64,000 bases of DNA from Eledone cirrhosa (lineage: Eukaryota), in assembly GCA_964016885.1 (NCBI GenBank), contig OZ024754.1:44454001-44518000 (forward strand). The letters are read 5' to 3'. Each line of letters opens with the position of its first letter. The stretch's first letter is position 1. Shown in pieces: positions 1 through 19,234 of this stretch. A program made the position numbers and the translations under genes. Under the pieces are notes generated by a model, which saw only the letters and a list, made by a program, of their open reading frames with translations, did not search any database and was not told the origin of the DNA.

Positions 1-569
1 CGCATACGCTTAACGTAATCCTTAAACAGAATCAGCGTGACAAAGTATGTGGGAAGGCTGGAGCTGTCAATTATAGGTACATTTCAAATGACGGACTTCC
101 TAGCAGTTTCCGTCTACCAAATTTGCCTTATAAGGCTTAGGTTGACCAAAGATTGTAAGTAAAACATACTTGCTCAAGACAACAAGCCGTGGGATAGAAC
201 CTGGAAGTAACATATAACATATGTTTTATTTGTTGAACACTGACGGGCGATAGGAACAACTGTGCTATACTGATGAGCCTAAAACTCATACTGAAACCTC
301 TGTCCACAATGTGGCTGTGCTACGTCACGAAACTAAGGCCAAGCTCTCCACCATGAAATTATCCCCTCTTTTCATTCACTGCTGTTGCTAATGAGTCTCT
401 GAGAAATGTAGTTTTTGCAATAAATTAAAAGTTTGTTACGTATGGCATTTACAACATACATGCCCAAACTTGCCTGTATGTTTAAGTATATGTATGCATA
501 TGTGTATATATATATGTAGTTATATATATATATATGTATATATATATAAATATATATATATGTGTGTGT

Positions 570-634
<65 letters not shown>

Positions 635-665
635 TGTGTGTGTGTCTGTGTGTGTGTATACGTAC

Positions 666-698
<33 letters not shown>

Positions 699-1281
699 TA
701 TATATATGTCAATGTGTGTATAAGGAGAGAGTATGGATAAATGAGGTTAGGTTAATTGTACTTAGAAAAGGGTTAATATGAGGGAGAGCTGGGCAGCAGT
801 GGTGGTGGGGGTAGTTTGGGAGTCGAGGGGGGGGGGGGGGGGTTGGAGAGAGAGGGGGGGGGGTCTGGGAGAAGAGTGTATGTTTTGATGAAGAGATAAA
901 TACGTGGAAAACGGCAGGTTTCGATCTGGCTATTGCTAAGATAATAAATTATTTTATCGAAGTACGTGTCCTATCAGTTGACAATATATTGAGCTCCAAT
1001 CTCTTTCATATTCAATACATAATCTACTCTCTTTTCTTCTTCTTCTTCTTCTTCTTCTTCTTCTTCTTCTTCTTCTTGTATATTATTATCAAGATATTTT
1101 TGTATCAACTCGTATGATTGACCGACATAATAGGTCACCTGATTTAATTACATCACATGAACTAAACTGTAGCTATGGGTATTTTTGGTGGTAAACACTA
1201 ACAGCTGCAAGTTGGGGGCGCAGATCAATTTCGTAAGATCTGTAGTTCAAAAATGTTCAAAACCTGGCTCAGAATCAAACT

Positions 1282-1335
<54 letters not shown>

Positions 1336-1502
1336 AGAAAGTGTGGTAAGGGACCAGATGGACCATAACACACCAGAGTACTCGATACTTAGAGTAGTAG
1401 AGTGGGTAATAGGTCCCCGACAGCTGAGCCCCGGCCATTTCGACAGCTAGTTCAGATCTAGCTGTCGAAACGACCGGAGCTCAGCCGTCGGAGTCATGAC
1501 TC

Positions 1503-2130
<628 letters not shown>

Positions 2131-2187
2131 ATATATATATGTGTGTGTGTATAATGATAGCTATCGTGCTTCCATATATATATATGT

Positions 2188-2306
2188 GGAGGCGCGTGGC
2201 TGAGTGGTTAGAGAATTGGATTCGCAATCGTGAGGTTGTGAGTTCGATTCCCGGACCAGGCGATGCGTTATGTCCTTGAGCAAGACACTTTATTTCACGT
2301 TGCTCC
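2188..2306 (+). mobile_element. tRNA-derived SINE family A; other copies near 4468, 21148, 21370, 31693, 36112, 39061 (+) and 60095-60238 (-)
   Basis: A box TGGCTGAGTGG, B box GTTCGATTCC, conserved gtccttgagcaagacactttatttcac core in at least 8 copies. Confidence 0.8.
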
Positions 2307-2406
2307 TTCTACCTGGAGTTGCGACCGATAGAGAGTATTAGCAATTAGAAAGACCAATGGAAACAATGTTTCCTCGGTCCGATTTGACAAAAAAGTCGAT
2401 CGACTG

Positions 2407-2474
<68 letters not shown>

Positions 2475-2653
2475 TATCAGGTGGAGCTGTGGAGAGTGAA
2501 GGAGAAAAGTAGGCAGTGAACAAATTCTTTGCTTAAACTTTAATCTGTTATTTTAATAAATATATATATATATTTGGCTGATTAAAATTCAGGAAATTCC
2601 TGTCAGCATGACTTGGCAAGCTATTTAGAACACTGGTTTAACCGCTTTACTTC

Positions 2654-2688
2654 CCTCCGAAGAAGAGATATTATCTTGAAAATTAAGG
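2654..2688 (+). ncRNA. Hammerhead-like motif with U4C variant core
   Basis: cct-CCGAAGA-a-gagat(att)atctt-GAAA-at-TA-agg, followed by AATAAA and a tail ending at (TA)n. Confidence 0.45.
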
Positions 2689-2915
2689 ACATTTAAATAA
2701 ATTTAAGGTAAAAGACTAATTATCAATATCTTTTGCATTTGCATTTATATTCTATGTCCATACCTGCATTGTTTTGGCTTTACAAATACAAACGTTTATA
2801 CCTCATTACACAATGCTTCAAGTGAACTATAACTTCCTCCACATATATATATTTATAAATTAAGTATTTCCGTCGGAAAGGTACAGGAAAAAAGAGTGCT
2901 CTATGTAGGCTACAG

Positions 2916-3057
<142 letters not shown>

Positions 3058-3269
3058 ATGCTGGGCATACAGGCATTAGGACGTGTGTTTTTTCCTGCCA
3101 GCGACATATCAAACATACCGTTCCCATAACAACAGCAAATGCATGAAGGACTTCTCGATTGGATGGAGAACCGTGGAAATAATTATAATGATTAAACGAT
3201 ATATGTAACCTCAGCATCTTATCATAGATATTTCTACGCATTAATATATATATACTGCATTATTAACAA

Positions 3270-3700
3270 AACGTGCCTTTTCCTGTTTTTCATTTTATTT
3301 TCTGGATTTCCAGTTAACGCATAGACAAGTGCCGCCACGATAGTTTCTACGTGTCTTGTGTGGAATCGTGCTATCAACATTGATTCATTGGCAGCTTTCC
3401 ATCCTGTCCTAGCTAGTGTTTCCTCTTTACTTAAAAGATCCACTCCGTCGATGTTATTCATCATGATCCTAGTAGAATATGATTATATTTTCACTCCGCA
3501 TTTGTTCTCTGCCTACTTTTGTCCTTCACTCTCCACAGATCTACGTGCTTGCCATCCTCTTCCTTTATTAACTCGTCTCAGTTTTCCAGCTTCAAATGTC
3601 GTCTTAAAATTCTACGTTGCAATTTTTGATTTTGTGGCAACACCCAGAATCGAGTTGTTCGCCAAGAGCTGGACTTACTGTCGGCTTTTATCCAGAGTCG
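3270..3700 (-). mobile_element. Degenerate RTE-type LINE, APE endonuclease N-terminal fragment
   Basis: SKIAT*NFKTTFEAGKL...GVDLLSKEETLARTGWKAANESMLIARFHTRHVET..VYALT, with stops and frameshifts. Confidence 0.65.
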
Positions 3701-5291
3701 TCATCTTTTCATGAAGAACTTTCGTCTTGGTGCTGTGTTATCTTACACAATCTCTTCAATATTTCCCGATTTATTCGGTAGCAGGATGCTAGCTGAGCCA
3801 ACCCGCTTTCTTTGCAACCGGACTTGGGAATAAATCAAATATAAATAATAACAACAAAGATTAAACTTCTTTCTTAACTCTTTAACATTTAAACCGACCA
3901 TATCCGGCCAGAATTCTCTCTCCTCTTTCTATTCAAACCGGCTATAACTGGCCGCTGATACTGATGTTAAGATACTGTTCTCAAAGTAAATAATATCAAG
4001 ATCTTATAGATTTGATATTAATACAGAGTAATTTAATAGACAGTGTGCATGCTAGAGCAGGGGATTTGTGGGGTCGTTAAAGCTTTAGACAAATGTTTAG
4101 CAGTATTTCATCCGGCTCTTGGCCTACTGACTTAAAGCTCCACCAAGATCAAGTGTGTCTTTTATCCTTCCCCGGTCGATAAAATAAAGTACCAGTCAAG
4201 AACTGGGGCCGATATATTCGATTTTCCTCTTCCCTCAAATATTGCTGGCCTTGTGCCTAAAGTAGAAATCATTATTTTAAAATTTAGAATATGATCTGAG
4301 GGAGATTTCGCTGTTATTTCTTGCAGGTCGAGCAACCGAACAAACTTTTCTTTGCTTTTATCATAGTCTTTGTTACTACTCAGCTTGATGTCAGGTCTGA
4401 TTGAGCAGACCTTTAGGGAAGGGCAATTGAATGATTCCATCTAACTGCGAATCAGGGACTACATTTGGAAGCGCGTAACCGAATAGTTGTACTTATGATA
4501 TAATGTCATGGGTTCGTTCCTGGACTGGGGGGCAAGGTGTTGTATTCTTAGCAAAACACTTCATTTCACATTGCTCCAGTATACTCAGCTGAAAATGAGT
4601 ACCAGCAATAGCTGAGGATGGGTGGGTGACTTAACCCAGCGATGAACTGGCGTCCTGTTCAGGGGCCATGTACTCTCAGTTGCTTAACACCACAAAAACT
4701 AGGTTAAACCGCCCTCTGATGAGCCTCCGGACCCGAGACACACTTTATAGACTTTGACTAGATTGTCGAATTTTGAAGACGGTAGAGTTTAACCTAAGAG
4801 AGATTTGACTGCTGTTTTTAGCAGATCTGATGACCCAAGTGGAGGTTCCTGTTGCTGCCGCACTTTTTTTTTTTTTTTTTTTCGTTCACAAAAGACGGAA
4901 AAAGAATTTTTGCATGAAAACCAGCAAGAGAAACAAAATGGTGGCTAACATCTTTATAACATTCGTACCTTTGCGAAACATTTGAGAGATCAGAGTTGTG
5001 GTTGTTGTTTAGCCACAGGTCAGCAATGATCTAGCAGATATACCCCACGATCGACGGCTTTTCAGACGTGACCATTCCGTCTTTTATCCAAAGTATTTCA
5101 TTCTACGTAGTAGAACGAAATGTCCCGTATTTTGTGTGATTTAAGAACGATACAGCAGCTGTGTCAAACTGGGTGTATGTATATGAGTGCGTTTACATAT
5201 ACATATATGAATATGTATATGTATATATACATGTATATATGTGCGTGTGTGTATGTGAATACATGTATATATGTGTATGTAGGCATGAATG

Positions 5292-5424
<133 letters not shown>

Positions 5425-5765
5425 GTATATTTATATGTATGTTTATATATATATATACATATACTTCAATGTCACCAAGTTAATGGATTTGACCGATTAT
5501 TGAGCGATAAATATAATGTTGTTGACCGCTTTCTGTGTTGTTGTTTACTTTATTTAATTCCTTTAGATGAGTGAGATCGAATGTGGATTGGGTTCAACTT
5601 GAACACATTCTATGTATGTGTGGGGTGGTGGTGGGGGGGGGGGACTGGTTTAACCATCAAGTAAAATAAACACATGCAAAAGACTTCAAGAGATGAGGCG
5701 CACAATTTTATTAGAATTAAATATGTTTGTCACACCCATCAAAAAATTATTTCGTACATTTTATA

Positions 5766-7005
5766 TACAGGGTGAGCACGAACTCTTTCCCTTATTATAA
5801 GTGTTACTCCGTTTATAAAATACCATATCTTGGACACTATTTCAGATTTTACTTTTTCATTATTTTGATTTATAAATTTCAAGTTTACAATTCTTTACCC
5901 TTTACATTACTCTATATATACTATTGTATGTTCACAGTAAAGGCTTTACCTCACATAATATCTCACATAACATTTACATTACTCTAAATATACTATTATA
6001 TTTTCACAGTAAAGGCTTTACCTCACATAATATCTCACATAATATTTACATTACTCTAAATATACTATTGTATTTTAATGGTAAAGCTTACCTCACATAA
6101 TATCTCACATAACATTTACATTACTCTAAATATACTATTATATTTTCACAGTAAAGGCTTTACCTCACATATCTCACATAATATTTACATTACTCTAAAT
6201 ATACTATTGTATTTTAATGGTAAAGCTTACCTCACATATCTTACATAACATTTACATTACTCTAAATATACTATTGTATTTTAATGGTAAAGCTTACCTC
6301 ACATAATATCTCACATAACATTTACATTACTCTAAATATACTATTGTATTTTCACAGTAAAGGCTTTACCTCACATAATATCTCACATAACATTTACATT
6401 ACTCTATATATACTATTGTATTTTCACAGTAAAGGCTTTACCTCACATAATATCTCACATAACATTTACATTACTCTATATATACTATTGTATTTTCACA
6501 GTAAAGGCTTTACCTCACATAATATCTCACATAACATTTACATTACTCTATATATACTATTGTATTGTCACAGTAAAGGCTTTACCTCACATAATATCTC
6601 ACATAACATTTACATTACTCTATATATACTATTGTATTTTAAAGGTAAAGGTTTATCTCACATAATTATCTCACAATATCTCACATACCATTTACATTAC
6701 TTCATATATAATATTATATGTTCATGCTAAAAGCTTTTTTCTCACATAATATAGAATCTATGAGATTTTGATGTTATTCGTTTTGAGAGCAATAACTTAA
6801 TATCAGTATGAGCAGCCGGTTATAGCCGGTTTGAAAAGAAAGAGGTGAGAGATTTCTGGTCGGATTCGGCCGGTTTAAATACTAAAGGGTTAATGTTTTT
6901 CTGAACATTTAAATTTTCTCTTCTACAGCAAGTAATTCTAATTTCCAATAACAAAATGGCGTATGGTATCTATGAAACAAAAAGCTCAATGTGTTTTGTG
7001 GTTGA
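5766..7005 (+). mobile_element. Mariner-like 5' fragment interrupted by a TTAA MITE/72-bp array
   Basis: TA|cagggtgagcac start; MVSMKQKAQCVLW at about 6963-7005 resembles a mariner transposase N-terminus. Confidence 0.4.
5898..6750. repeat. 72-bp tandem array (about 11 units) inside a TTAA MITE
   Basis: Unit catttacattactctatatatactattgtattttcacagtaaaggctttacctcacataatatctcacataa. Confidence 0.9.
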
Positions 7006-7607
7006 TAATCAGGGAAAGTTTTTATGCTCACTCTGTATATGGCTGTGACACTGGGCGTGGGGTGCACAGTAATATTTTAAATGCTTAGAACTTTAAAAAG
7101 ACTTAATCGAGGGGCCAGACATTCACCTGCTGAGGCATTGAACTAGTTGAAATTTAAGGCCCTTCTCTAAACAAAATCGATTACAAAAATTTGAAATAAT
7201 TATACATAATTGTTATTTTTAATATCAATGTTAATGACTGAAACCATTAAAATAGCAGTGCCCCAGCATGGTCACAGTCTAATGAGGGGAACCAATAAAA
7301 GAACAGTGCCCCAGCATGACCGCAGTTTAATGAGGGAAACCATTAAAAGGGGAGTGCCACAGCATGGCTGCAGTCTAATGTATATTAGTTGCACTTTAAA
7401 CGCCCGTCCTAGCAGCAAATAGTCACCAATAGATCTGTTTTGGAAACTGCGTACATATGTTCCTGTATATATATATATATAAGAACATATGTACGCAGTT
7501 TCCAAAACAGATCTGTTGGTGACTATTTTCTGCTAGTACGGGTGTATGTTTTAAAACAGGGCATTTAATATATATATATAAGTACATACATATGTATGTA
7601 CTCCAAA

Positions 7608-7646
<39 letters not shown>

Positions 7647-7669
7647 CATATATATACGTACATTATATG

Positions 7670-7762
<93 letters not shown>

Positions 7763-9181
7763 TTCGCTTTCAGGATGTAAAATTATTGAGGACAATTGTA
7801 AAGACTCAAAATATTACGGCGCAAAAAGAAACATTTGTAACTGGCCAACAATAACCCACTACTGGGATACTCTAACTACTAGAAAAAGTAGCTAAGTAAT
7901 CCTCAAATTCCGTCTTAAATATAATATGACCCCTTTTTTAAAATCTAGTCCTAGATATACAAATAGAGGTATTGGTGACGGGTGTACTGCTGTTGATCAA
8001 ATATCTGCTGGAACATGGTAGACATGGGGGTTCAACAACAACAGCAAGGAAAGCAACAACTACAACAACCACAACAGGTCCTTTAAAACTTTTAATACCA
8101 ACCTGCTCCAAACCCGCGTCTGTTTCTATCAAACACAACCACCCTTTTTAAAGGGTTCCTATTTAATCCTTCTGACAATAACTCGCCGTAAACCACCCCT
8201 GTTTCTATCAAACAAAACCTCCCATTTTAAAGTGTTCTTATTTTACCCTTTTAACCCTCTCTTTCTATAAACATAACCACTAATTTTAAGGGTTCCTACT
8301 TAAATTAAAACCTTCTAGTATAATTATATATAGGAACTTTTTCTTACATCACAATCTAACTGAAACAAAATCTTTGTCACTTTCATATATCTTCTGTTCA
8401 AAACACATAACTGCCATTCCTTCTTATTTCTGTTATTTTCTTTTTTTTATATTATTTTATTTTACATTCCATTCTTTCTTCTCAATCTAAATTTTCTTTT
8501 TCTTTTTCTATTAAACTGTATTTACATGATATATTCCATAAATAAATAATTTCATCAATGAGACTAAAAAAAGATCATACATTTCTTCATCTCAAACCAC
8601 TTCGGAATTTCTGACTACAAAATTTCACTAACAGGGCATTAGGGGAGCTGAGGCTATAGAAGACACTTGACCAAGTTGTCACATTGTGGAAATAACTAAA
8701 CCTCTAATCACGTAATTGTGAAGGTGTTATGTTATAGTTACCTGATGCCACGGGAGCTAAACACAAACCGTTAAAACACCAATTGAAATGTCATGTAAAG
8801 GGTTTCTTTATAATTGTTTCTACTTTTGGCACAAGGCCAGCAATTATACCAGTGCATTACTGGTACTTTATTTTATCGACCCGGTAGGGATGAAAGGTAA
8901 AGTTAACCTCGACGGGATTTCAACTCAGACTGGAAAGGGCCGTAACTCTATGTGCCAAAGCATGGCACCCGACCCTCTACCGATACTGCCAATTCAATTT
9001 CTTTATAATGAGCTTCTGTCGTGACACCTACACGACCACTTTACAGTATCAGACCTGTCAACACTCCCCGTCCGACGAGGAGATCTCCCACCCACTTTCA
9101 GGTGGGTGAGAGATGTCTTCTTATGAGTATAGCTTTAATTATGTAAAATCTCCCCATTTAGGCTCCAAATATCGACTTGTA

Positions 9182-9235
<54 letters not shown>

Positions 9236-9424
9236 AACCAGTAAGACCCCGACAGCTGAGCTCAAGCCGTTTCGACGGCTAATTCTGCGTCCAGAATTAG
9301 CCGTCGAAACGGCTTAAGCTCAGCTGTCGGAGTCCTACTCGTTCCTATTACCCACTCTACTACCTCAAGTATTGAGTACTTTGGTGCGTTATGGTCCACC
9401 TGGTTCCTTACCACATTTCCTTCG

Positions 9425-9466
<42 letters not shown>

Positions 9467-9687
9467 AAATCTGTGAGGTCCTTGGTACAGTTAGGTATAT
9501 TTGAAAAAAGGCAAAGAATGACTTCACTTGTAGTACTAAACAAATTGATTTAATTTTATAATATTATAATATTTGTTTCTACTTTTGGCACAAGGCCAGC
9601 ACTTACCCAGTGCATTACTGGTACTTTATTTTAATATTATAATATTATGAGTTGGTTTACAAGTGAAGTCATTCTTTTCCTTTTTTT

Positions 9688-9753
<66 letters not shown>

Positions 9754-9755
<2 letters not shown>

Positions 9756-10267
9756 GGGCGATTGAAAAGTAACTTCCTATTGAATACCGAAAGGTACCTC
9801 ACCATGCTGCAAGATGAAATCTGGCCAGTTATCAGTACTTGGGAGAATATTAAAGATTTGATGTTGCTATTGTTGTTCGTGAATGGCTGGATGCCGACTT
9901 CCTTGGGAGATGGATGTGTTGTTGTGGTCCGCATGAGTGGCTAGCCAGAAGCCCTGACTTAACACTCTGTGAGTTTTTTCTTTGGAGTTGGTTCAAGGAG
10001 CAAGTCTACTCTACCAAACCAACAACTTTGGAAGAACTTGAAGGGCGAATACAAGAAGTTATATCTTCCACCCCACAAGAGTTTCTGGTGAAATCGGTTG
10101 ATGCGGTTCTCGGGTGGCTTGAGAATCTGGTGGCGAATGTTGATGGCCATATTGAATCTTGAATAAAACTCCGTACTATACACTTTCTTCTCATTTTCAT
10201 TTTTTGTAAAAGTTATATTTAAGAAATAAATTATAAGAATTTTAAAATAGGGAGTTACTTTTCAATA
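9754..10267 (+). mobile_element. Internally deleted Tc1/mariner transposon
   Basis: TA|cagggcg-attgaaaagtaacttcctat ... atagggagttacttttcaat inverted termini; transposase C-terminus WLARSPDLTLCEFFLWSWFKEQVYSTKPTTLEEL...GHIE. Confidence 0.85.
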
Positions 10268-10391
10268 TATATGTACAGTGAGGGTATACTAGACAAAATG
10301 TGATACTGTACTTTCAATACAACCAATATACAGAGAATCTCAATTTATGTATTGAGTTGTCTTTCTCAGAAATGGAACCATTACTCGTAAT

Positions 10392-10476
<85 letters not shown>

Positions 10477-10860
10477 ATGCGTTTGTATGTGTTTATGCAC
10501 ATATGTTTAAGTATATGTGGGTGGTTCAAGATTCGACCACGCAATGTGTTCACTCACCATTCATACGAACACAGACATGTGTGGACACTACACTACACAC
10601 ACACACACACTCACATTCACACACATACCCCTCCCCCTCATATATCACTGATAACAGTAAACAATAATCCCCGAAACCGTTACTATCTTGTTCCCACATG
10701 TCACACCATTCCACGCCTTCCAATGACCAAACAACTGGCAGCCATCAAAGTCTCCCCTACCACCAAAATTTCCAACACCTTCACTATATAACTTTTAAAT
10801 CCAGCTCCACAACAGTCATACACACTAACTCTGTCCACAAGGTTTAGTTCACTAGCAACA

Positions 10861-14133
<3,273 letters not shown>

Positions 14134-14347
14134 ACTACACCCAACATCACAACTCCTGGCAGAAACCATGATGTGAAGGACGAAGGAAACTCAGTAATCA
14201 ATTAGTGTATGGTGGGGGTGGGGGCTTTGTGATTACATGTATGTGGATGAGTGTATGAGTGCATGTGTGGGTGTACAGCTGTATACCTATGTTAATGAAA
14301 ACATACAAAGTCACATTATATATCCTTACATATGCATTTATACACAC

Positions 14348-14394
<47 letters not shown>

Positions 14395-14495
14395 TAACAG
14401 ATTAAAGTTTAAGCAAAGAATCGTTGCTTTTACCCTTAGTCTTCACATTTATTATTATTACTATATATATATATATTTAAATATATAAATATATA

Positions 14496-14565
<70 letters not shown>

Positions 14566-14589
14566 TATATACATATATATATATATATA

Positions 14590-14654
<65 letters not shown>

Positions 14655-15869
14655 GATAACAAAATATCGTTATAGGTAATCCAGTTAGAGGTTGTGAATA
14701 CTTATTATTATGGATAGTTTTAGCGTACGGCGTTGCTTGCCTCAACAAGAGGTTCACGTAGATGACGAGTTTATGATTTCACCTGTATTCCTATGTAAGT
14801 TTATCTTGGAGTAATAAAATTGAAGAATAACATGGTCAACAGTACAAAAAAGAAGCAACAAATCTAGGACCAAACATACAAATTTGCAACAATCACGAGA
14901 ACCAATTGAACAGAACACCAACACAAATACCACTAGAAACTATAAAAGATGCTTATAGAGATAGAAAATACTTGTGGTTCAATCCAATATTTAACTCCTC
15001 TATCTAGAGGAGTTAAATATTGGACTGAACCACATATATAAATATGTGTGTGTGTGGCAGAAATTAAGTTTTTTTGTAACATCCCATAGGACAAAGAAGG
15101 TGAAAATGATCTTGGAGTCTTTAAGTAGATTTATTTATAATAACTTTACCGGTTTCAGTTTTATGGAACCGGTAAAGTTACATATCTTCTTAATGACGCC
15201 AATTGCATTTTCAACTTCATTTTCCTATATACATACATATATATATATATGAAGAGAGAGATATTATATATATATTCATACACACATATACACATGCACA
15301 CACTTATGTATATGCTGCGTGCACACACACACACTCACACACACATATATATATATATATGCATGTGTGCGTGTGTAATTTATAAAATGATTTATTAAAA
15401 GTTTCTCTTCCATAAAATTTAATTAAATAAATAAAAATATATTTAAAAGAATTATTTCATTGTTTTTTTTTTTTTGTTACTAAAAAATGTTATAAATGAA
15501 AAATACCTGTTGAACCTCATTAATCCGGGATTCGATTGTCCGGTAGGTTGAAAGGTTTGAGGACAATGTTTTGAATGTGACAGCCCTTAGATTGTGTGAC
15601 TCTAGCTAACGCCGCTTATTGTTGCAGTGCTCGCTATTCCTAAACTGTACAACTATTGAGAACACTTTAGTGACTATGCATGTTTGTAATAAAAATGATA
15701 TTAGTTTTTCTCCATCAATACAAGCGGCCGAAATGGGGTTCCTCCGAAGGGTTTTTGGAGTAACTTTACCCAAAGACCCTTCGAAGGAACCTCATTTCGG
15801 CCGCTTGTATTCACGATTGTATTCTTTAAGAAAAACTGATAGAGAAAGATGTGATATCTCATGTGATAT

Positions 15870-16335
15870 TGTAGCGAAATCTGTCCACACCTTGTTCCCT
15901 GGGTGACACTTAACGGTCAAATTATGGGTTACCTCCTTTTCGGCGTAAACAAGTTGATGCGTGGGTGATCTCTCAAGGCAGGAGACAGAGGAAGCGACAG
16001 ATATAAATAGCCTGTCTTAGACCAGGTCAATAGCAGTTCGGAGCAGTTCTCGAGAGAATAACCATGTAAAACATTTGCTTTCTACAGACCCCTTGGGGTC
16101 TACAGGCTGCTACAGACCTTTTTCTCTCTCTACAGACTTCTACAGACCTTTACTCTCTCCTGTCTTACAGCCTCTCGCCTTCTCTGGCCGCAGACTATTT
16201 CACCATAACAACAAAAACATCGTCAACTTTTATAACTTGTAGTAACTTATTCTTTGTTCTTCTTTTAACTGAAGTGAAGTAAATCTTGTATCAAAACGAA
16301 GCCATCTATTTTGAGTTACTTAACCTCTAACAACA
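15870..16335 (+). mobile_element. Possible solo LTR
   Basis: TGTAG...CTAACAACA ends, TATAAATA at about 16002, AGTAAA near the end; no convincing TSD. Confidence 0.3.
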
Positions 16336-16435
16336 TTTACTAACCATTTCTTCGCTTCAATATCTCTATTCGAAGAAGTAGCAGTGTTTAAGTGACGTCT
16401 CGTACTTGGAGCATTCATATATGTATAGTGTTGTC

Positions 16436-16464
16436 AACCCTAACCCTAACCCTAACCCTAACCC
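16436..16464 (-). repeat. Short interstitial (TTAGGG)n telomere-type repeat
   Basis: aaccc(taaccc)4. Confidence 0.75.
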
Positions 16465-16739
16465 TTTGTCGATATTAAAACATAAGAGATTGTTATATTT
16501 CTTGTTCTATCATCAAAAGACAAATACATATATTTTTCAGTCAATCAAAAGATCAATAGTAAAACTGTTTCTATCGATTACAAGTTCGTATTAAATGAAA
16601 TCACCGTGGATTTGGCGATTGCTCGTCTCTTGGACAAAATAATAAATGCTCTGGTTTCTTGTTAAACGAACTATTAGCTGTGAAACATGTGAAGGGAATC
16701 CGTTATAAGTATGAAAATATACTGTTGACAGGTGCAATA

Positions 16740-16893
16740 TCCCCGAACACGGAAGAGCTGAACTTCCATTTCTCTCACCCTCCCCATCTCTCTGTAAATG
16801 GGGTCCCACGTGCTGGCCGCCCCCACAGCTCCGGCGGACAGAATGGCGAAGGCGTTTCCCCCGAGGATTGTGAGGGAGATTTGCTGGAATGTA
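16740..16893 (-). mobile_element. Possible CRE-like (REL-endonuclease) retrotransposon 3' fragment
   Basis: TFQQISLTILGGNAFAILSA resembles the FQRxSxxIQRGNA C-terminal motif. Confidence 0.4.
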
Positions 16894-16969
16894 CTGTTAA
16901 CTTCATTTTCTTCTTTTTCTTTTCACTTCCACACATACACTCTCTATCGCCCCCCACCACCCCACCACC

Positions 16970-17000
<31 letters not shown>

Positions 17001-17228
17001 CCACCAGCTAATTGAAAGTTTTCCTTGGCTAGTTTCACCACTTTCAGTTTATTATAAACAGAAGTCGTGTATGTGTGTGTATGTATGTGTGTGCCTGAGT
17101 GTGTCTGTGTGTGTCTGTATATGTGTGTGTACGTATGTATATATGTGTGTCTGTATATATATGTGTATATGTATGTGTGTATATGCATGCATGTGCATGT
17201 ATATATGTATGTATGTATATGTGTGTGT

Positions 17229-17512
17229 ACTGCACAAAGCCAGTCCCACTCTCTTAACCAAGATGATATTTACCAAAAAACTTCACGGCACAGGCATTGC
17301 TTTATATCTGGAGATCTCCCTGCACTTGTCGTCACATGGTACCATGGGCCCAGCACTATGTGTCAATAATTGTCACAAGTGTAGTGTTTGTACCAGAGTT
17401 TTCAAGTCGCTGGCTGGACTAAAAACTCACACTCGTTCAGCACATCGGTAAGGGTTCTCCTACATGGATATAAAGTAGTGGCCGTACTTGAAAACGAGTT
17501 GGCAGCCACCAT
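17229..17512 (+). mobile_element. LINE 3' end with a terminal C2H2 finger; second copy on - at about 29707-30105
   Basis: [25 protein letters not shown] plus a shared 3' UTR (gtagtggccgtact.gaaaacgagttggcagccacc) ending in microsatellite. Confidence 0.6.
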
Positions 17513-17563
17513 ATGTGTGTGTACGTATGTATATATGTGTGTCTGTATATGTATGTGTATATG

Positions 17564-17597
<34 letters not shown>

Positions 17598-17871
17598 TGT
17601 ATGTATGTATGTATGTATGTATGTATGTATGTGTGTAGGTATGTATGTGTGTATGCCATCATTAAGTTCACTATTAATTAAACTAGGTCTTATTAAGAAA
17701 AGCTGACAGATTAAAAGAAAGTTTTAGAATCTGAAAGTGAAATATTCTGTGATCGATGAATATGGCGACATGGCGACATGGCAGGCATTTCTTGGGAAAC
17801 CAATACTTTCGCTTTTGACATTTCCTGGAATTACATCATATCCATATCTATCTAGCTGCTATTGCGTATAC

Positions 17872-17916
<45 letters not shown>

Positions 17917-18002
17917 CCATATATATATATATATATATGTATGCCATCCATATATATATATATATGTATGCCATCCATATATATATATATATATATATAT
18001 GT

Positions 18003-18131
<129 letters not shown>

Positions 18132-18397
18132 ATTTATATATATATATATATGTGTGTGTGTGGAATTGCATAATATCTATATTTATCTAGACCCCCACCT
18201 CACCCCCACACACACATATATATATATATCCCTACAGTGGTACGTAGCTCCATATCCGAGATTATTACCACTATATATATACCAGTAAGAGGTGTTTAAC
18301 AGTCGAATTTCTTACATACAACATCGATCAGTGGAAGTTTGAGCATTTAAAAGACTGCATTGATTACTACAGATTTGGTAAGGTTATTCATACATAC

Positions 18398-18428
<31 letters not shown>

Positions 18429-18635
18429 CACACACATTCATATATATATATCATATAATGGCTAGATATAGATATAGAAATAGAAATAGATATGTTGAAA
18501 TTACATGTATATGTTTGTTTGTATATATATGTATATATATATATCCAAAAGATGTTAGGACCTCGACAGCTAACCCTCTGTCGTTTGAAGAGCAGGTAAG
18601 TAATGATTTTATAGGTTTTTACTGCATCCATTCTG

Positions 18636-19135
<500 letters not shown>

Positions 19136-19234
19136 ACATGTGGTGTCCTACACGAGTGAAAGTATAAGGAAAAAAGATGAAATCGAAAATGCAACTGGAG
19201 TCTTTTTTTTTTTAAATATATATTTATTTGGCTC

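Noticed and set aside
264-335. CTGATGA...GAAAC as a hammerhead (also CTGATGA at 4716, 4827, 21412, 35572)
   Set aside because: No convincing combination of stem I, stem II and UH could be built, and several lie in SINE bodies.
2188-2260. tRNA gene
   Set aside because: A and B boxes are present but run into a multi-copy SINE core, and no full cloverleaf is evident.
7774-8085. Possible exons (GCKIIEDNCKDSKYY...; YTNRGIGDGCTAVDQISAGTW*; Gln-rich frame)
   Set aside because: No recognisable homology or consistent exon chain, and part overlaps repeat-like sequence. It cannot be excluded without RNA-seq.
14830-15000. RKYLWFNPIFNSS as a PLE linker motif
   Set aside because: Only a short resemblance with no continuous ORF, too weak to annotate.
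18552-18595. ATG...AG|gtaagt as an upstream bZIP exon
   Set aside because: It sits between TA tracts, resembles repeat sequence, and its phase-2 end does not fit the phase-0 frame of the 28555 exon.
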